Shown here piece by piece: positions 37,229-47,534 of a stretch of DNA of 64,000 nt. Position 1 is the stretch's first letter. The number at the start of each line of letters is the position of its first letter. The translations under genes and the position numbers were made by a program. Source of the stretch: a virus; the IMG/VR virus record IMGVR_UViG_3300004369_000001, positions 43,784 to 107,783 of that record; one strand, written 5' to 3'. The notes beneath the pieces are model-generated. The model ran no database searches and was not told the DNA's origin. It saw only the letters and a list, made by a program, of their open reading frames with translations.

Positions 37229-38635
37229 TTACTTTGCTTTCCTAATCGAATCTTTTGTTAGATACAGAGTTGTGATCATCCCTTGCTTTCTGAAAGCGTG
37301 GTGAAGGCTTGCAATTAAGTATTTTCCAGAGTAGACTCTATCTTCAACAACTTGACCATCCTCGGATTTAGATTCAGGGATACTAACCTCAATGATCTGT
37401 CCGACCGTTAGCATAGTATTTCCTGGCACTACAATCGTTAGTTGGATAGAGTTAAGCAAGGCATATCTTGCCGATGCATATGAAGCGACTTGAATAGTAT
37501 CGATGTGCTCTGTCGTGCCTCCATTGGCGTTACCACCTCCCTTAGGCATGTGGTTAAGTGACGGCATCACCCTAAACTTATATCTTGTCGCTGGTTGTGT
37601 ATCTGGATTGGTAAACTTAGTGCCTGGGAATGGTGGCTCAGTATCAATAGTGTTTGCTTTTTTGAAGGTTTTCTCGAATGTGGGCTCCATATTCTTAATC
37701 TTCACATTCGCTGTGCTATTGCCAGATCCACTCCCTCCACTTGGAAGGAATGATTGACCTTGAGCAGCAATAGAAATACCCAACACTGATGTCTTGTAGA
37801 GACCAGAGCGTAACTTCTCCAGATGATTTGTCTTGTCTGGATATGTTGCTGACTGAATCTTGTAAAACTCGTCAATGGGGTCGTTAGTCTCAACAGATTG
37901 CTGTGAGTATGTAAACTTCCTTCCACTCACTCCTTGGCTGCACAGGGCATCAATAGACTTGAAATGGAATCCATCTTTGTTTTCGTAGAAGAGGAATCCA
38001 GACTGTGCTTCAGATACCTTACCACCAGCAGATCCACCTTTTCTGACAACTTTGTCGGAGCAGTATACGATAGCATCGATGGGTCTCCAATTTGGACTGT
38101 AGAAACAGATCTGGGAATGTGCCTCAAAGTTTTCACTTTTGACCTTGCTCCCTCCCTTGAGGACATCTTTGGCAACGTATTTGGGAAAATGCTCTTTATT
38201 TTTGTGCTTCTCACAAGGACCAAAGGCACCAAAGATTCTTCTTGCCTCATTCAAGAATTGCTCATGAGATACACAATGAAGGATATACACAACTGCTCTT
38301 TCATTCTTAACAAAACTTCCAACCTTAAACAGTCGGAAGATGACTTCAAGGGGCTCGTCATTAGAGCTCTCTGATGTTAGTTTTACCTTTACGACTTCTT
38401 TACCACGCAGACTCTTATATAAGTCGATAGCATCAACTATAGTGATATCACATCTTAAGAATGGTGCATCAATCGATTCGTAGTAGTTAATTTCTGCTAC
38501 AAGCTCTCGAATATCAATAGCATTCTTACCACTCGATCTTTGTTTTGGATTGAGGGGTGCTTCCCAATCCATTTCCGCTCCGAGAGTGATGCTGCATTCG
38601 TTTAATGCTATTTGTTTTGCTTTACGACTTGCCAT
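37229..38635 (-). CDS. baseplate hub protein (gp27-like)
   Basis: YYESIDAPFL; FLFYENKDGFHFKSIDAL; IVVPGNTMLTVGQII; YSGKYLI; position between tape measure and gp5. Confidence 0.75.
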   Translation of the reverse strand: MASRKAKQIALNECSITLGAEMDWEAPLNPKQRSSGKNAIDIRELVAEINYYESIDAPFLRCDITIVDAIDLYKSLRGKEVVKVKLTSESSNDEPLEVIFRLFKVGSFVKNERAVVYILHCVSHEQFLNEARRIFGAFGPCEKHKNKEHFPKYVAKDVLKGGSKVKSENFEAHSQICFYSPNWRPIDAIVYCSDKVVRKGGSAGGKVSEAQSGFLFYENKDGFHFKSIDALCSQGVSGRKFTYSQQSVETNDPIDEFYKIQSATYPDKTNHLEKLRSGLYKTSVLGISIAAQGQSFLPSGGSGSGNSTANVKIKNMEPTFEKTFKKANTIDTEPPFPGTKFTNPDTQPATRYKFRVMPSLNHMPKGGGNANGGTTEHIDTIQVASYASARYALLNSIQLTIVVPGNTMLTVGQIIEVSIPESKSEDGQVVEDRVYSGKYLIASLHHAFRKQGMITTLYLTKDSIRKAK

Positions 38636-41600
38636 TACTTAATCGTTGCGGTGAAATTCATATCGGGGTTATTTATTACAAAGGGGTTAAACTTAGAAAC
38701 TTGGAATGGATCTGCTTCTAAATTCTTATTCAATGGGGGTGTAACAATAAAGTTGGTATCATCACCCTCAGCAGGGATCTCGAATGGGATGTTGTTTCCT
38801 GATCCAGCCATCTTGCGAGGGTCAAATGCATTCTCCATGGCATCCATGTATTCCTTATCCTGTGCAATCGTATTCATTGTATCTGCACTTTCTTGGAGAA
38901 TTGCGGAAGTGATTGCTTCTCCCTTCCCTTGCTTCATTGCCTCACTAAACTTCTTCAATGCCTCTTCCAGTGCCTTTCCATGGTCTTGCTTCTCAGAAGT
39001 TTCTGCACTAGAAGTAGAGTCACTGCTGTCAGTAGTTGGCGCTGCCAACTTGCTGGGATCTGGGGCAGATCCAGACGGATGCAGTCCATCAGTTGTAGTG
39101 AAAGATCCACCGAATCCTGCCCCACCCGCAGCTGCAAGTGCTTTCAGTTTGTTGTTGATTTCTTCACTCTTGAAATCTGGGTAACCTTTAGATGCAGCAT
39201 CACTAGAAACACCACCAAGGATAACTTGCTTTGCACCTGCTTGCTTGAGCATTGTAAGTTGCCTTTCAATGCTGTCATATGGGACATTTGTGTATGCATT
39301 GGTGGCACCAGAAGACAGGAATACTGTCTTCCCAGCAATGTCAGATTTTCTTCTGCTGATCATCTGAAGCACTTGTCCAGGTTGTGCTCCAACCATGGTC
39401 TCACCATTGGGTTTGCTCACAAGTTGCTGGTTGGATCCATTGTGACCAGCAAACCCAGAGGCAATACTATCGCCAATGAAAAAGTCATACTCACCACCTT
39501 CAGCATACCGTGGGAGGAGATTCCATTTAACTGTTGTGGGTTGATACTGTCCACCAGCAGCGAAGGGTAGGGCATACCCACCTTTTGCTGCTTCCTTCAT
39601 TCTCCTGCCAGTAAGACCCTTGTTATTGCGAGTTGCTGGGGTGTTAAATGGGACAACGAATGCGCTACCACCTGACGCTCTGCCAGGATATCCAACCCAC
39701 TCAAGTCCATGTCCAATAAAGGAAGTCGATTTACCACCGTCAAGAGATACTGGGTAACCTGACATAGGACCATTGATCCACCCACCTTTGGCAAATCCAC
39801 CAAGAGATTGTGGCACTTGTCCACCTTCGGCAAACCAAGTTGAAGGATTCCAAAACTTGAATGCTTTGTCAGATTCTGCAGTAGGACCTTTACTTCTTTC
39901 AGCGAGGTGTCCGACAAGTTTTCCCATTAAACCTAGGACAGACTCTTTGCCTCCAGCAAGAATCTCATTTACTTTACCAATACCATCTTCTTGCCTTTCC
40001 TGGTCCTTACCAGACTGTGCAGCATCTTCAGCACCTTTTTCACTACCACCCAGACCAAGCATACTCAGGGGTATACCAAATGCCGAAGCAATGGGGTTGA
40101 GAAGATTCCCCAACATCTGCTTAATTGGTGCAGGTAGGAATTTAGCAAATGTCCTAGATACCTTTCCAATAGCAGATACAATACCCAAACCGATTGCTTT
40201 CAGTGGCAATCTCATCAATTCACCTAAAGCGGCGACTTTAGTGATGAGTTGTCTCTGAATGGATTGTGGGTCGAATGGATTGATATTAGGAAGATTAAAT
40301 CCATTCGCTGCGCTCTCTCCACCCTCAGCCATCTGTGGGACCACCACAGGGGTCACTACAGGACCCCCTGACGCCCTCTTTGTGGTGGTCTCCTTCTTAG
40401 GTTTTTTATCTCCACCAGCACCAGAGAAGAAGTTAAGAATCCATGTCAATGCTTTGAGTAGACCAATCAAAGGTAGGAATGCTGCAGTGCCGAAGAATCC
40501 TGCGATCTTCTTCAGAAGAGGCATATGTGGTTCGATGAAGTCTAAGATCTTCGTCATCACATTGCCAAGGGCAGTGAAGAATTCATGTGTTGCGTCTTTG
40601 ATCGGTTTGAAGACTGCATTAAACAGATCTCCAACCATTCCAAAGAATTCTTTGATTGGATCGATGATAGGCGCAAGCATCTCGCCAATAGGACCACCAA
40701 TGGCACCGCCAACAAAAGCACCAGCAGCACCAGCAATAGGTGCTAGAGCACCCAGTCCAGCAGCATTCGCCAAACCTTCACCAGCAGCATAACCAGCAGC
40801 ACCGCCTACAGCAGATCCTGCCAAACTTGCCTTACTCTGGTCCTCACCACCAAACATAGCGGCAGATGCAAGACCTATGCCACCACCAACAACTGCTGCC
40901 CTGCCAAATTTATTGCCCATAATCTTTCCAGGCAGGCTCTTCAACTTGGAAGCAATCTTGCTCCCTTTCATGATATTGACAAATGACTTGGCAAGATTCT
41001 TGACAACCCACATCACCCCATCGACTGCTAGTTTGGGGTTTTTCAATACTGCCATGGCAGCAAATAGTGGTGCCGCACTCAGGACAAACTGAACGGCACC
41101 GAAGAATCCTGAAATACTCAGGGGATTCTCTAAGAATTTAACTAGACCATCAAGGGCAGATCCAACCAGAAACTCAGTAATCTTATATGCAAATTTTGCA
41201 ATAGAGAGTAAACCTTTAGCAAGTTTCTTTACCTTGTCTGGGTTTTTGATCATCCAGTCAAGGACGGCAAACTTAATAAACCCTCCCAACAACCACTTGG
41301 CAACACCTGCCAAAAGACCAAACAAACCTCCGAAAGTTTTTGCAACGCCAACTGCAAATCCTTCCATGAGTTTCTTCATGGGACCTTCTTTAATAACAGA
41401 GTCAGAATCTCTCTTCGATCTCTGCAGTTTTTTCTTTCTATCTGTTTCGTCTCTCTTCTGCTGTAGTTTCTCCTCAGCGTCTCTCTTAGCGTTGTATTTG
41501 GTTAGTGCTGCTTGATTTTGAATCTGAATCTGAGTTGATTTCTTCATCTCAGTTAGCACACCTTCCATTGCAATAGCAATAGAATTTAAGGTGCCACCTA

Positions 41601-41733
41601 AACTATTAACAGCAGAAATCGTTGACTTCAGACCACTAGAAGTTTCGGTTGACGCCTCAGTGTCAATCCCCTTGAATGAAACCATCTTGTAAAGTGCTGG
41701 TTTCGTGACTCGTATTGTCGGTCTTTCTGCCAT
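38635..41733 (-). CDS. tape-measure-like protein 2 with SGNH/GDSL hydrolase module
   Basis: Coiled-coil then hydrophobic helical region; FFIGDSIASG...SSGATN...TDGLHPS. Confidence 0.7.
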   Translation of the reverse strand: MAERPTIRVTKPALYKMVSFKGIDTEASTETSSGLKSTISAVNSLGGTLNSIAIAMEGVLTEMKKSTQIQIQNQAALTKYNAKRDAEEKLQQKRDETDRKKKLQRSKRDSDSVIKEGPMKKLMEGFAVGVAKTFGGLFGLLAGVAKWLLGGFIKFAVLDWMIKNPDKVKKLAKGLLSIAKFAYKITEFLVGSALDGLVKFLENPLSISGFFGAVQFVLSAAPLFAAMAVLKNPKLAVDGVMWVVKNLAKSFVNIMKGSKIASKLKSLPGKIMGNKFGRAAVVGGGIGLASAAMFGGEDQSKASLAGSAVGGAAGYAAGEGLANAAGLGALAPIAGAAGAFVGGAIGGPIGEMLAPIIDPIKEFFGMVGDLFNAVFKPIKDATHEFFTALGNVMTKILDFIEPHMPLLKKIAGFFGTAAFLPLIGLLKALTWILNFFSGAGGDKKPKKETTTKRASGGPVVTPVVVPQMAEGGESAANGFNLPNINPFDPQSIQRQLITKVAALGELMRLPLKAIGLGIVSAIGKVSRTFAKFLPAPIKQMLGNLLNPIASAFGIPLSMLGLGGSEKGAEDAAQSGKDQERQEDGIGKVNEILAGGKESVLGLMGKLVGHLAERSKGPTAESDKAFKFWNPSTWFAEGGQVPQSLGGFAKGGWINGPMSGYPVSLDGGKSTSFIGHGLEWVGYPGRASGGSAFVVPFNTPATRNNKGLTGRRMKEAAKGGYALPFAAGGQYQPTTVKWNLLPRYAEGGEYDFFIGDSIASGFAGHNGSNQQLVSKPNGETMVGAQPGQVLQMISRRKSDIAGKTVFLSSGATNAYTNVPYDSIERQLTMLKQAGAKQVILGGVSSDAASKGYPDFKSEEINNKLKALAAAGGAGFGGSFTTTDGLHPSGSAPDPSKLAAPTTDSSDSTSSAETSEKQDHGKALEEALKKFSEAMKQGKGEAITSAILQESADTMNTIAQDKEYMDAMENAFDPRKMAGSGNNIPFEIPAEGDDTNFIVTPPLNKNLEADPFQVSKFNPFVINNPDMNFTATIK

Positions 41734-44700
41734 TATCTATGCAGTCCTGGTGTTGTCGGAGTCATAATCTGTTTGGTCTGTTTTCCTCCCGACGATTGGG
41801 GTTGCTGACCACTACCATTATTTATCGGCACAGGCACGAGGGTAGGTCTAGTGCTCTTAGCACGCGCACGCTCACGCTCCTTCCTTTCAGCTTCTGATTT
41901 TTGCAATGCTTCTGCTTGCTTAGATTTAACATCACTCGCAGATCCAGCAGTCACTTCAGGATTTGCTTTTGCTGGAGATGTTTTAGGTCCTTCGCCCTTT
42001 CCCTTATCTAGCGGTGGTGCCTTACCAGACTTCATCGCTTCGCTAAATTTAGCAAGAGCCTCATTGAGAGTAGCGATTCTACTCTCAATAGTATCTGGTT
42101 TTTCTGGCTCTTCATCAACGCCCCCACCGCCCCCACCACTATTGTCACCAGCAGGAGTTGAGCTTCCTTCTTTCATTGTATCTGGATCGTATGTAGCGCC
42201 AAGTTGAGCAGCAGCAAATGCTCTATGGTCACTTGGAGATGCATCCAAGTGGACATGCACAGATCCTGATGGCTTATTACCCTGTAATCCAATTACAGTC
42301 ATAGCATCAACCATCTGTCCAACACTTGTCTTGATCGCATCAAAGTGGTGGAACTGCATTCTTTCCTTGCCATTTGAAGAAATAATGACAGTATTGTGGG
42401 ATCCACCTGCATGGGTTACTTTACCGCTTACGCCAGCAACAATTGGAGTGCCTCTATCCAGACCTTGATTGCCGAAGTCCCTGACTGCAACATAATCTCT
42501 CGGAACAATAGGAGGACCACCCAATCTATGATTGTTGTATGAATGTGTATCGGGTTTATTGTGGTGAAGTGGGTAACTATTAAATGGTGTTTGTGGCGTC
42601 AGACGCACATCAGCTACAGATCCATTGGTGGCGAGTAGACCACCTGCAGCAAAAAATTTCCTCGGTTTGTCAGTTGTGCGCTTCGCATCTATATCTTGCT
42701 GTATCTTTTCATATACCTTTATATCGCTGGGCTCTCCCATGCCAAAACGACCGCTTCTTCTTATCCTACCGCCAGCTGCAGCAAACTGGATTTTTCTCAC
42801 CAATTCTCTTTCAGCAGCAGTTGCTTTATCACTAGGTCCAACCCAAGGAGAAATCCCTCTCTCCTTAATGAGTTGGATCGCCATCTTATCTTGAACTGTG
42901 TTATTAAATTTCATGTCATCGGTGACACCAGCGCGGGCAGCCACTCCTGGGAGTGTATTTCCAACAAACTGATATCTACCAACGGCGTGTAATTTTCCAG
43001 ACGACTGCCACTGCGCCCAAGTTTGTTTTGGAGTCTGTTCTGCCTGTCTTTGTTTTATCTCACCGACAGTCATATCGGTAAGTGGTGTCTTTGAAGGATT
43101 CCAAGGTGCATCCATAATGTTGCCAGAGAAACCAAGCACTCCACGCCCGTTATTGCTACCACCCTGGTTGACAGCATTATATCCAGCAGCACCAGACTCA
43201 TATTTGGCAAGCACCCCTAGTGCTGCTCTTTCATCATCAGTTATTTCTGCGCTGAAGTCAGTCGGACCTGCTGTTGAAGGTCCACTTGGTCCACTTTGAT
43301 TATTGCCTGCACTGCGTCTACCACCACCACTTTTCTGATTTGCTGCAGCCTCAACTGCCTTCTTAAGCAATCCGACCAGAGAGTTGCCACTACCACCGAG
43401 AATATTTCGAGTTGATTCGTATTTACTATCCTCCTTGGATTTAATATCCTTCGTGCCACCGAGATCACCAGATCTCGCAAGTGTGCCCAGTGCTGTGCCA
43501 CCTGCTGCAGCAGGAGCAGCGGATCCAAATACTGATTGTATCCTAGCAATATCCTGAGCAATTACTTTAGAAACATCGGGAGCAACAAATCCAAAAGCAT
43601 TAACGCCAGCAAGAATGGCAGATGTCAGTCCATTTCCAACAAGATCAAACGTTGCCAGTGGGTTTGCCATACCCATCATCATCGGGTTGCCGAGAGGACC
43701 ACCCATCATCATCTTGGGTGTGACTATATCTGGGACAACAACCTTACCACCACCAGCAAACTGCTCAACATTTGGTTTCTGCTGTGCTGCTTTCTGGTTT
43801 GCTGCTTGTTTTAGATCAACACCATCACCAGGATTCTTACCTCTAATTACATCCCAAGCAAATCCAATCGGATTCATGGCAAATTTGACAATATTCTTAA
43901 TCAAGTTGAATTGGAAAGACATTATCTTGAAGATCGTCTTAACTCCTTCGCCAATAACGAATCCCACAAACTTCATGATGGGACCGACGAATTCCATTAC
44001 GAATCCGACGACCTTACCTATCGCACCAAAGAATGCACTGAAGAAAGGTCCAACCTCTTTCAGAAGGGGATCAAAGACTGCCTTGAAGATTTCCATCCCC
44101 ATGCCAAACCAACGCTTGATCGGTCCAAAAATAGGCTCGATCAGGGGTCCAATCTGACCACCAATAAACTCACCCAGGAAGTCACCGATGAATCCTCCCA
44201 CCATAGGAGCAAACGGACCCAGGAAGGGGGTCAGAAACGCTGTGCCCAGTGCTGCGCCAGCAATGCCACCAACTGCCTTACCGACGCCAGCACCGACCGC
44301 AGTGCCCTTCTCCTCGCCCTCACGGTCGCCTTCCATGATGCGTCCAACACCACCCACAACGGACATACCCGCTGATAGCAGTCCAGCACCACCACCTAAC
44401 TTCGCACTTACCTTACTACCAAAACCCTTAACTTTGTTTAATCCACGTCCCATCACGCCAGGCTTTTGTGCCCTACGCATGGCTTCATACTCTTGCTTAG
44501 AGTAGAATTTACCAGTTTCCTTATCGAAATATCCGCCTCTAGTCCTTTCCTGCTGATCGGTAACCTGATTCTCTGTCTCCTTGACTGCAGAGAATGCACC
44601 GATAATAAACTTGATATCTGTAAGGATTCTCCAGGGTCCAGTTAGGTATCTAAGGACCAGAAGACCTCCTGTTAGTTGTAAGAAACCAAATACAAATCGA

Positions 44701-45323
44701 AGTCCACGCTTGACTCCATTCTCCTTGATTCCCTTGGCACTATGGTCACCAAACATGTTGGTGAGTCCGTTCATAACAGCGAACACACCAAACTTGGTAA
44801 TCTTGTAGGCAAACTTACCAATGGCAACAAATAGTCGGATTACCTTTACTATCTTATCTGCGTTTTTCTCTATGTAATCTAGGGCACCAAATGCTAGGAA
44901 GGCACCAAAGATTGCACTGAAGAATCCTGCAATCTTTTCTAGGAATGTCTTGACAGGTTTTAACTCCTTCTTTTTATCCTCAACCTTCCCAGCATCTTTC
45001 TTGCCGCGATCAACTGCTAACTTAGCAGATGCATCCCTTCTGAGTTTCTGAGTATTCTTATTTTCTTCCTTCGCAAGTTTAGACTTGAGTAACTTTTTAT
45101 TCTTTACCCTATTCTTGTCAGTCTCGATTGCTTGATTATGAGTTGTATTCAGGAATTCATTTTGAAACTTGAGCAACTCATACATGCTCTCAATACTTTT
45201 ACCAATACCTGTGGCCGTGCCTCCAATGCGATTCACAGACAACCGAAGGGCATTAAAATTTTGCCCTGTTTTGGTGACAGCCTTAAACGGTTTAACTTTT
45301 AGGTATGACCTGATTATTGCCAT
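41733..45323 (-). CDS. tape-measure-like protein 1 with lysozyme-like and M23 peptidase modules
   Basis: LAKYESG..YNAVN...AVGRYQF...QDKMA; GTPIVAGVSGKV...FHH...IGLQGN..SVHVHLD. Confidence 0.75.
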   Translation of the reverse strand: MAIIRSYLKVKPFKAVTKTGQNFNALRLSVNRIGGTATGIGKSIESMYELLKFQNEFLNTTHNQAIETDKNRVKNKKLLKSKLAKEENKNTQKLRRDASAKLAVDRGKKDAGKVEDKKKELKPVKTFLEKIAGFFSAIFGAFLAFGALDYIEKNADKIVKVIRLFVAIGKFAYKITKFGVFAVMNGLTNMFGDHSAKGIKENGVKRGLRFVFGFLQLTGGLLVLRYLTGPWRILTDIKFIIGAFSAVKETENQVTDQQERTRGGYFDKETGKFYSKQEYEAMRRAQKPGVMGRGLNKVKGFGSKVSAKLGGGAGLLSAGMSVVGGVGRIMEGDREGEEKGTAVGAGVGKAVGGIAGAALGTAFLTPFLGPFAPMVGGFIGDFLGEFIGGQIGPLIEPIFGPIKRWFGMGMEIFKAVFDPLLKEVGPFFSAFFGAIGKVVGFVMEFVGPIMKFVGFVIGEGVKTIFKIMSFQFNLIKNIVKFAMNPIGFAWDVIRGKNPGDGVDLKQAANQKAAQQKPNVEQFAGGGKVVVPDIVTPKMMMGGPLGNPMMMGMANPLATFDLVGNGLTSAILAGVNAFGFVAPDVSKVIAQDIARIQSVFGSAAPAAAGGTALGTLARSGDLGGTKDIKSKEDSKYESTRNILGGSGNSLVGLLKKAVEAAANQKSGGGRRSAGNNQSGPSGPSTAGPTDFSAEITDDERAALGVLAKYESGAAGYNAVNQGGSNNGRGVLGFSGNIMDAPWNPSKTPLTDMTVGEIKQRQAEQTPKQTWAQWQSSGKLHAVGRYQFVGNTLPGVAARAGVTDDMKFNNTVQDKMAIQLIKERGISPWVGPSDKATAAERELVRKIQFAAAGGRIRRSGRFGMGEPSDIKVYEKIQQDIDAKRTTDKPRKFFAAGGLLATNGSVADVRLTPQTPFNSYPLHHNKPDTHSYNNHRLGGPPIVPRDYVAVRDFGNQGLDRGTPIVAGVSGKVTHAGGSHNTVIISSNGKERMQFHHFDAIKTSVGQMVDAMTVIGLQGNKPSGSVHVHLDASPSDHRAFAAAQLGATYDPDTMKEGSSTPAGDNSGGGGGGVDEEPEKPDTIESRIATLNEALAKFSEAMKSGKAPPLDKGKGEGPKTSPAKANPEVTAGSASDVKSKQAEALQKSEAERKERERARAKSTRPTLVPVPINNGSGQQPQSSGGKQTKQIMTPTTPGLHR

Positions 45324-45526
45324 TAGAGTGAGATTCGGTTGCTATTCTTTTCGCTATTACGACGACGCTCTTCTTCTTGTAGGAAAGCAAGGAGAAGATT
45401 CACATACACATCTCTTTCCCAAGGTATCATATCCTCCAATTCTGTTAGAGAATACTTATGGTGCTGCATCAGGGCAAAATTAGTCTTGTAGTAATTCTCA
45501 AGATTATCATGCAGCAGTGCTATGCG
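45323..45526 (-). CDS. gp51: gp51-like hub assembly protein (ATG at 45469, or -1 frameshift extension of gp26; not in track)
   Basis: RIALLHDNLENYYKTNFALMQHHKYSLTELEDMIPWERDVYVNLL... Confidence 0.85.
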   Translation of the reverse strand, partial: RIALLHDNLENYYKTNFALMQHHKYSLTELEDMIPWERDVYVNLLLAFLQEEERRRNSEKNSNRISL

Positions 45527-46230
45527 AAAAAAGACGCCAATCCCTCAAACACAATCTCATTATCTTTTTTGGTCTTGGGATTTCTCACAGTCATTTCATA
45601 TCTCAGTTTAGGCATAGTCTCAAAGAAGTTTTGGACCTTAGCAAACTGATCAGAATTCAGAGACTCCAAGAAATCAATTGCTTCCTTTTTGGTGAAGCTG
45701 TCATAAGTCTCATCTTCATCAAATGCTTGGGCAATACAACCTGCCGCAAGCTCAAAGATGTCATCAATACGAACATCGCCTTCTGTCATATTCTGATTGA
45801 CGAATACATCCAGCGAAGGATACTTCATGATCACGCCAACTTTCTTGTCAAACATGATCTTAGTGTCATGGCCCTCAGGAACATCAATCTCAACGTCTTG
45901 CAGGGGAATCTGCACTTCAACCTGAGTTACTTCATCATCTGGGCAAGTGACCTTAAATTCACTCACTTCACCAACTGCTTTACCACGAATTCTGAGGAAG
46001 ATGTATTCCACTTCAAAAGTGGCAAGTCCCTCAACCTCATTCTCTTTAAGGTTTGTGCAGTTTTTAATGATAGTTTTGACCGCCTTGATCATCTCCTTCT
46101 CATTCTTGGATTCCATAGCAAGATAGAGGAGTTTCTCTTCCTTCACGAGGAAGGGGCGATATGTAAGTTTTCTCCCTGTAAGGGGCATCACCAAGTCATA
46201 CTCGGGCAATGCAAGTTTAGGCAAAGGCAT
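45520..46230 (-). CDS. gp26: baseplate hub subunit gp26
   Basis: MPLPKLALPEY..YRPFLVKEEKLL...IFLRIRGKAVGE...FFETMPKL...EGLASFF. Confidence 0.93.
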   Translation of the reverse strand: MPLPKLALPEYDLVMPLTGRKLTYRPFLVKEEKLLYLAMESKNEKEMIKAVKTIIKNCTNLKENEVEGLATFEVEYIFLRIRGKAVGEVSEFKVTCPDDEVTQVEVQIPLQDVEIDVPEGHDTKIMFDKKVGVIMKYPSLDVFVNQNMTEGDVRIDDIFELAAGCIAQAFDEDETYDSFTKKEAIDFLESLNSDQFAKVQNFFETMPKLRYEMTVRNPKTKKDNEIVFEGLASFFA

Positions 46231-46257
46231 AATAAGTCACCATTATCTTAATTCTAT

Positions 46258-47052
46258 TTAGATACCAACAGCGGTAACGTCTGTCAGTTGTGGGTCGATC
46301 TGGAGTGCTCCCAATACATTGGCACTCTCCATGGAAAGCTCTCGGTCCTTCTCATTACCACTAAACATCTTCCTACCGTTGACAGTATCAAAACGATATC
46401 TCTCATAATAGAAAGAAATATCCAGTTTCAATAAGTCAGTGGGACCATTATTAAGGGATAGAGAAGACATATCGAAAGGAAATGCGCCATATAGCGTCCA
46501 AGCACCTGTGACGCCATTTAAGCGACTTCTATAAGTTTTACCATTCTTTCTACTTACACCAACATAGTTGGATGCCACTTCCCACTTGATGATTTTGATA
46601 GTTGTGACATACTCTCGGTAGAAGTTGACTCTATTTTCGGCGTCAGATGCAGCGAAATTCATCCAACGCTCAAAAAACTTCCTGTGCCAATAATCTTGAG
46701 TCACAAGGAAAGAGATTTGCATTTCCGAGAAACTCGTATCTGTGGCAAATCTACGCATCGCACCAACATCTCTAACAGATCCAACTGTCAGTCTTCTTCC
46801 AGGGACAGTAACAGAATCTGCAAAATAGTTGATATAGTCGTAATAGTCTTTCTGAGATACCTCTAATGACCTACTTGCCGTTTCCTTATTGATACCATCC
46901 AATGCTTGACCGAATCTTCCGCCAGCAGAATACATTGCAGGAGGAGGATCGATGACGATCTCAAATAGGTTAGATCTAGAGGGAGTCTTATCACCTGAAC
47001 CTATTAGATCGGCAAATTTACCGAAATCATTTGGATTGAGAATAGCAGACAT
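46258..47052 (-). CDS. tail tube initiator (gp54/gp19-like)
   Basis: SRSNLFEI...ADSVTVPGR...FFERWM...LYGAFP...LDISFYY; position next to gp2 and gp26. Confidence 0.75.
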   Translation of the reverse strand: MSAILNPNDFGKFADLIGSGDKTPSRSNLFEIVIDPPPAMYSAGGRFGQALDGINKETASRSLEVSQKDYYDYINYFADSVTVPGRRLTVGSVRDVGAMRRFATDTSFSEMQISFLVTQDYWHRKFFERWMNFAASDAENRVNFYREYVTTIKIIKWEVASNYVGVSRKNGKTYRSRLNGVTGAWTLYGAFPFDMSSLSLNNGPTDLLKLDISFYYERYRFDTVNGRKMFSGNEKDRELSMESANVLGALQIDPQLTDVTAVGI

Positions 47053-47534
47053 TACGTCAATCGGCTCCAGATTACACTGCTTGGGACTGGCATGGTCAGT
47101 CCAATGGTCGGTTTCCTTAAGACAAATTGCTCAAGGGGTAGTGGCACATAATCTTCAAAGTCACTCGTCTTAAACTCGTATATTCCACTAGCATTAGACA
47201 TAAAGTATTTATGATGGCAACGCTTAGGGTAGTAGCGTGTAGCAGTCTGATACCACAAATCACCTACATCCTTTCTTCTGGATGGTCTCAGGTAGTGAAT
47301 ATTGCCACCTTCAAACGTGCCGTTACTCTCACTTGCCTTAACAATAATCATCAGTGGATTGGTGTCATAGAAGGGCAAATCTGGGGTTGCCGCTCCATAA
47401 TTAAACATCAGAATCTTTCCAGGAGTAAACTGACCATCGAAAGGGGTGGCACCAAATCTTACCTGATTGCGATACCAGTCTTTTGACTTTCTCTTTCCTC
47501 CAGCGAGGTCTTTTACGTCCTTAAATAGGGTCAT
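47052..47534 (-). CDS. gp2: DNA end protector gp2-like
   Basis: FNYGAATPDLPFYDTNPL...GGNIHYL...CHHKY; synteny with gp4. Confidence 0.8.
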   Translation of the reverse strand: MTLFKDVKDLAGGKRKSKDWYRNQVRFGATPFDGQFTPGKILMFNYGAATPDLPFYDTNPLMIIVKASESNGTFEGGNIHYLRPSRRKDVGDLWYQTATRYYPKRCHHKYFMSNASGIYEFKTSDFEDYVPLPLEQFVLRKPTIGLTMPVPSSVIWSRLT

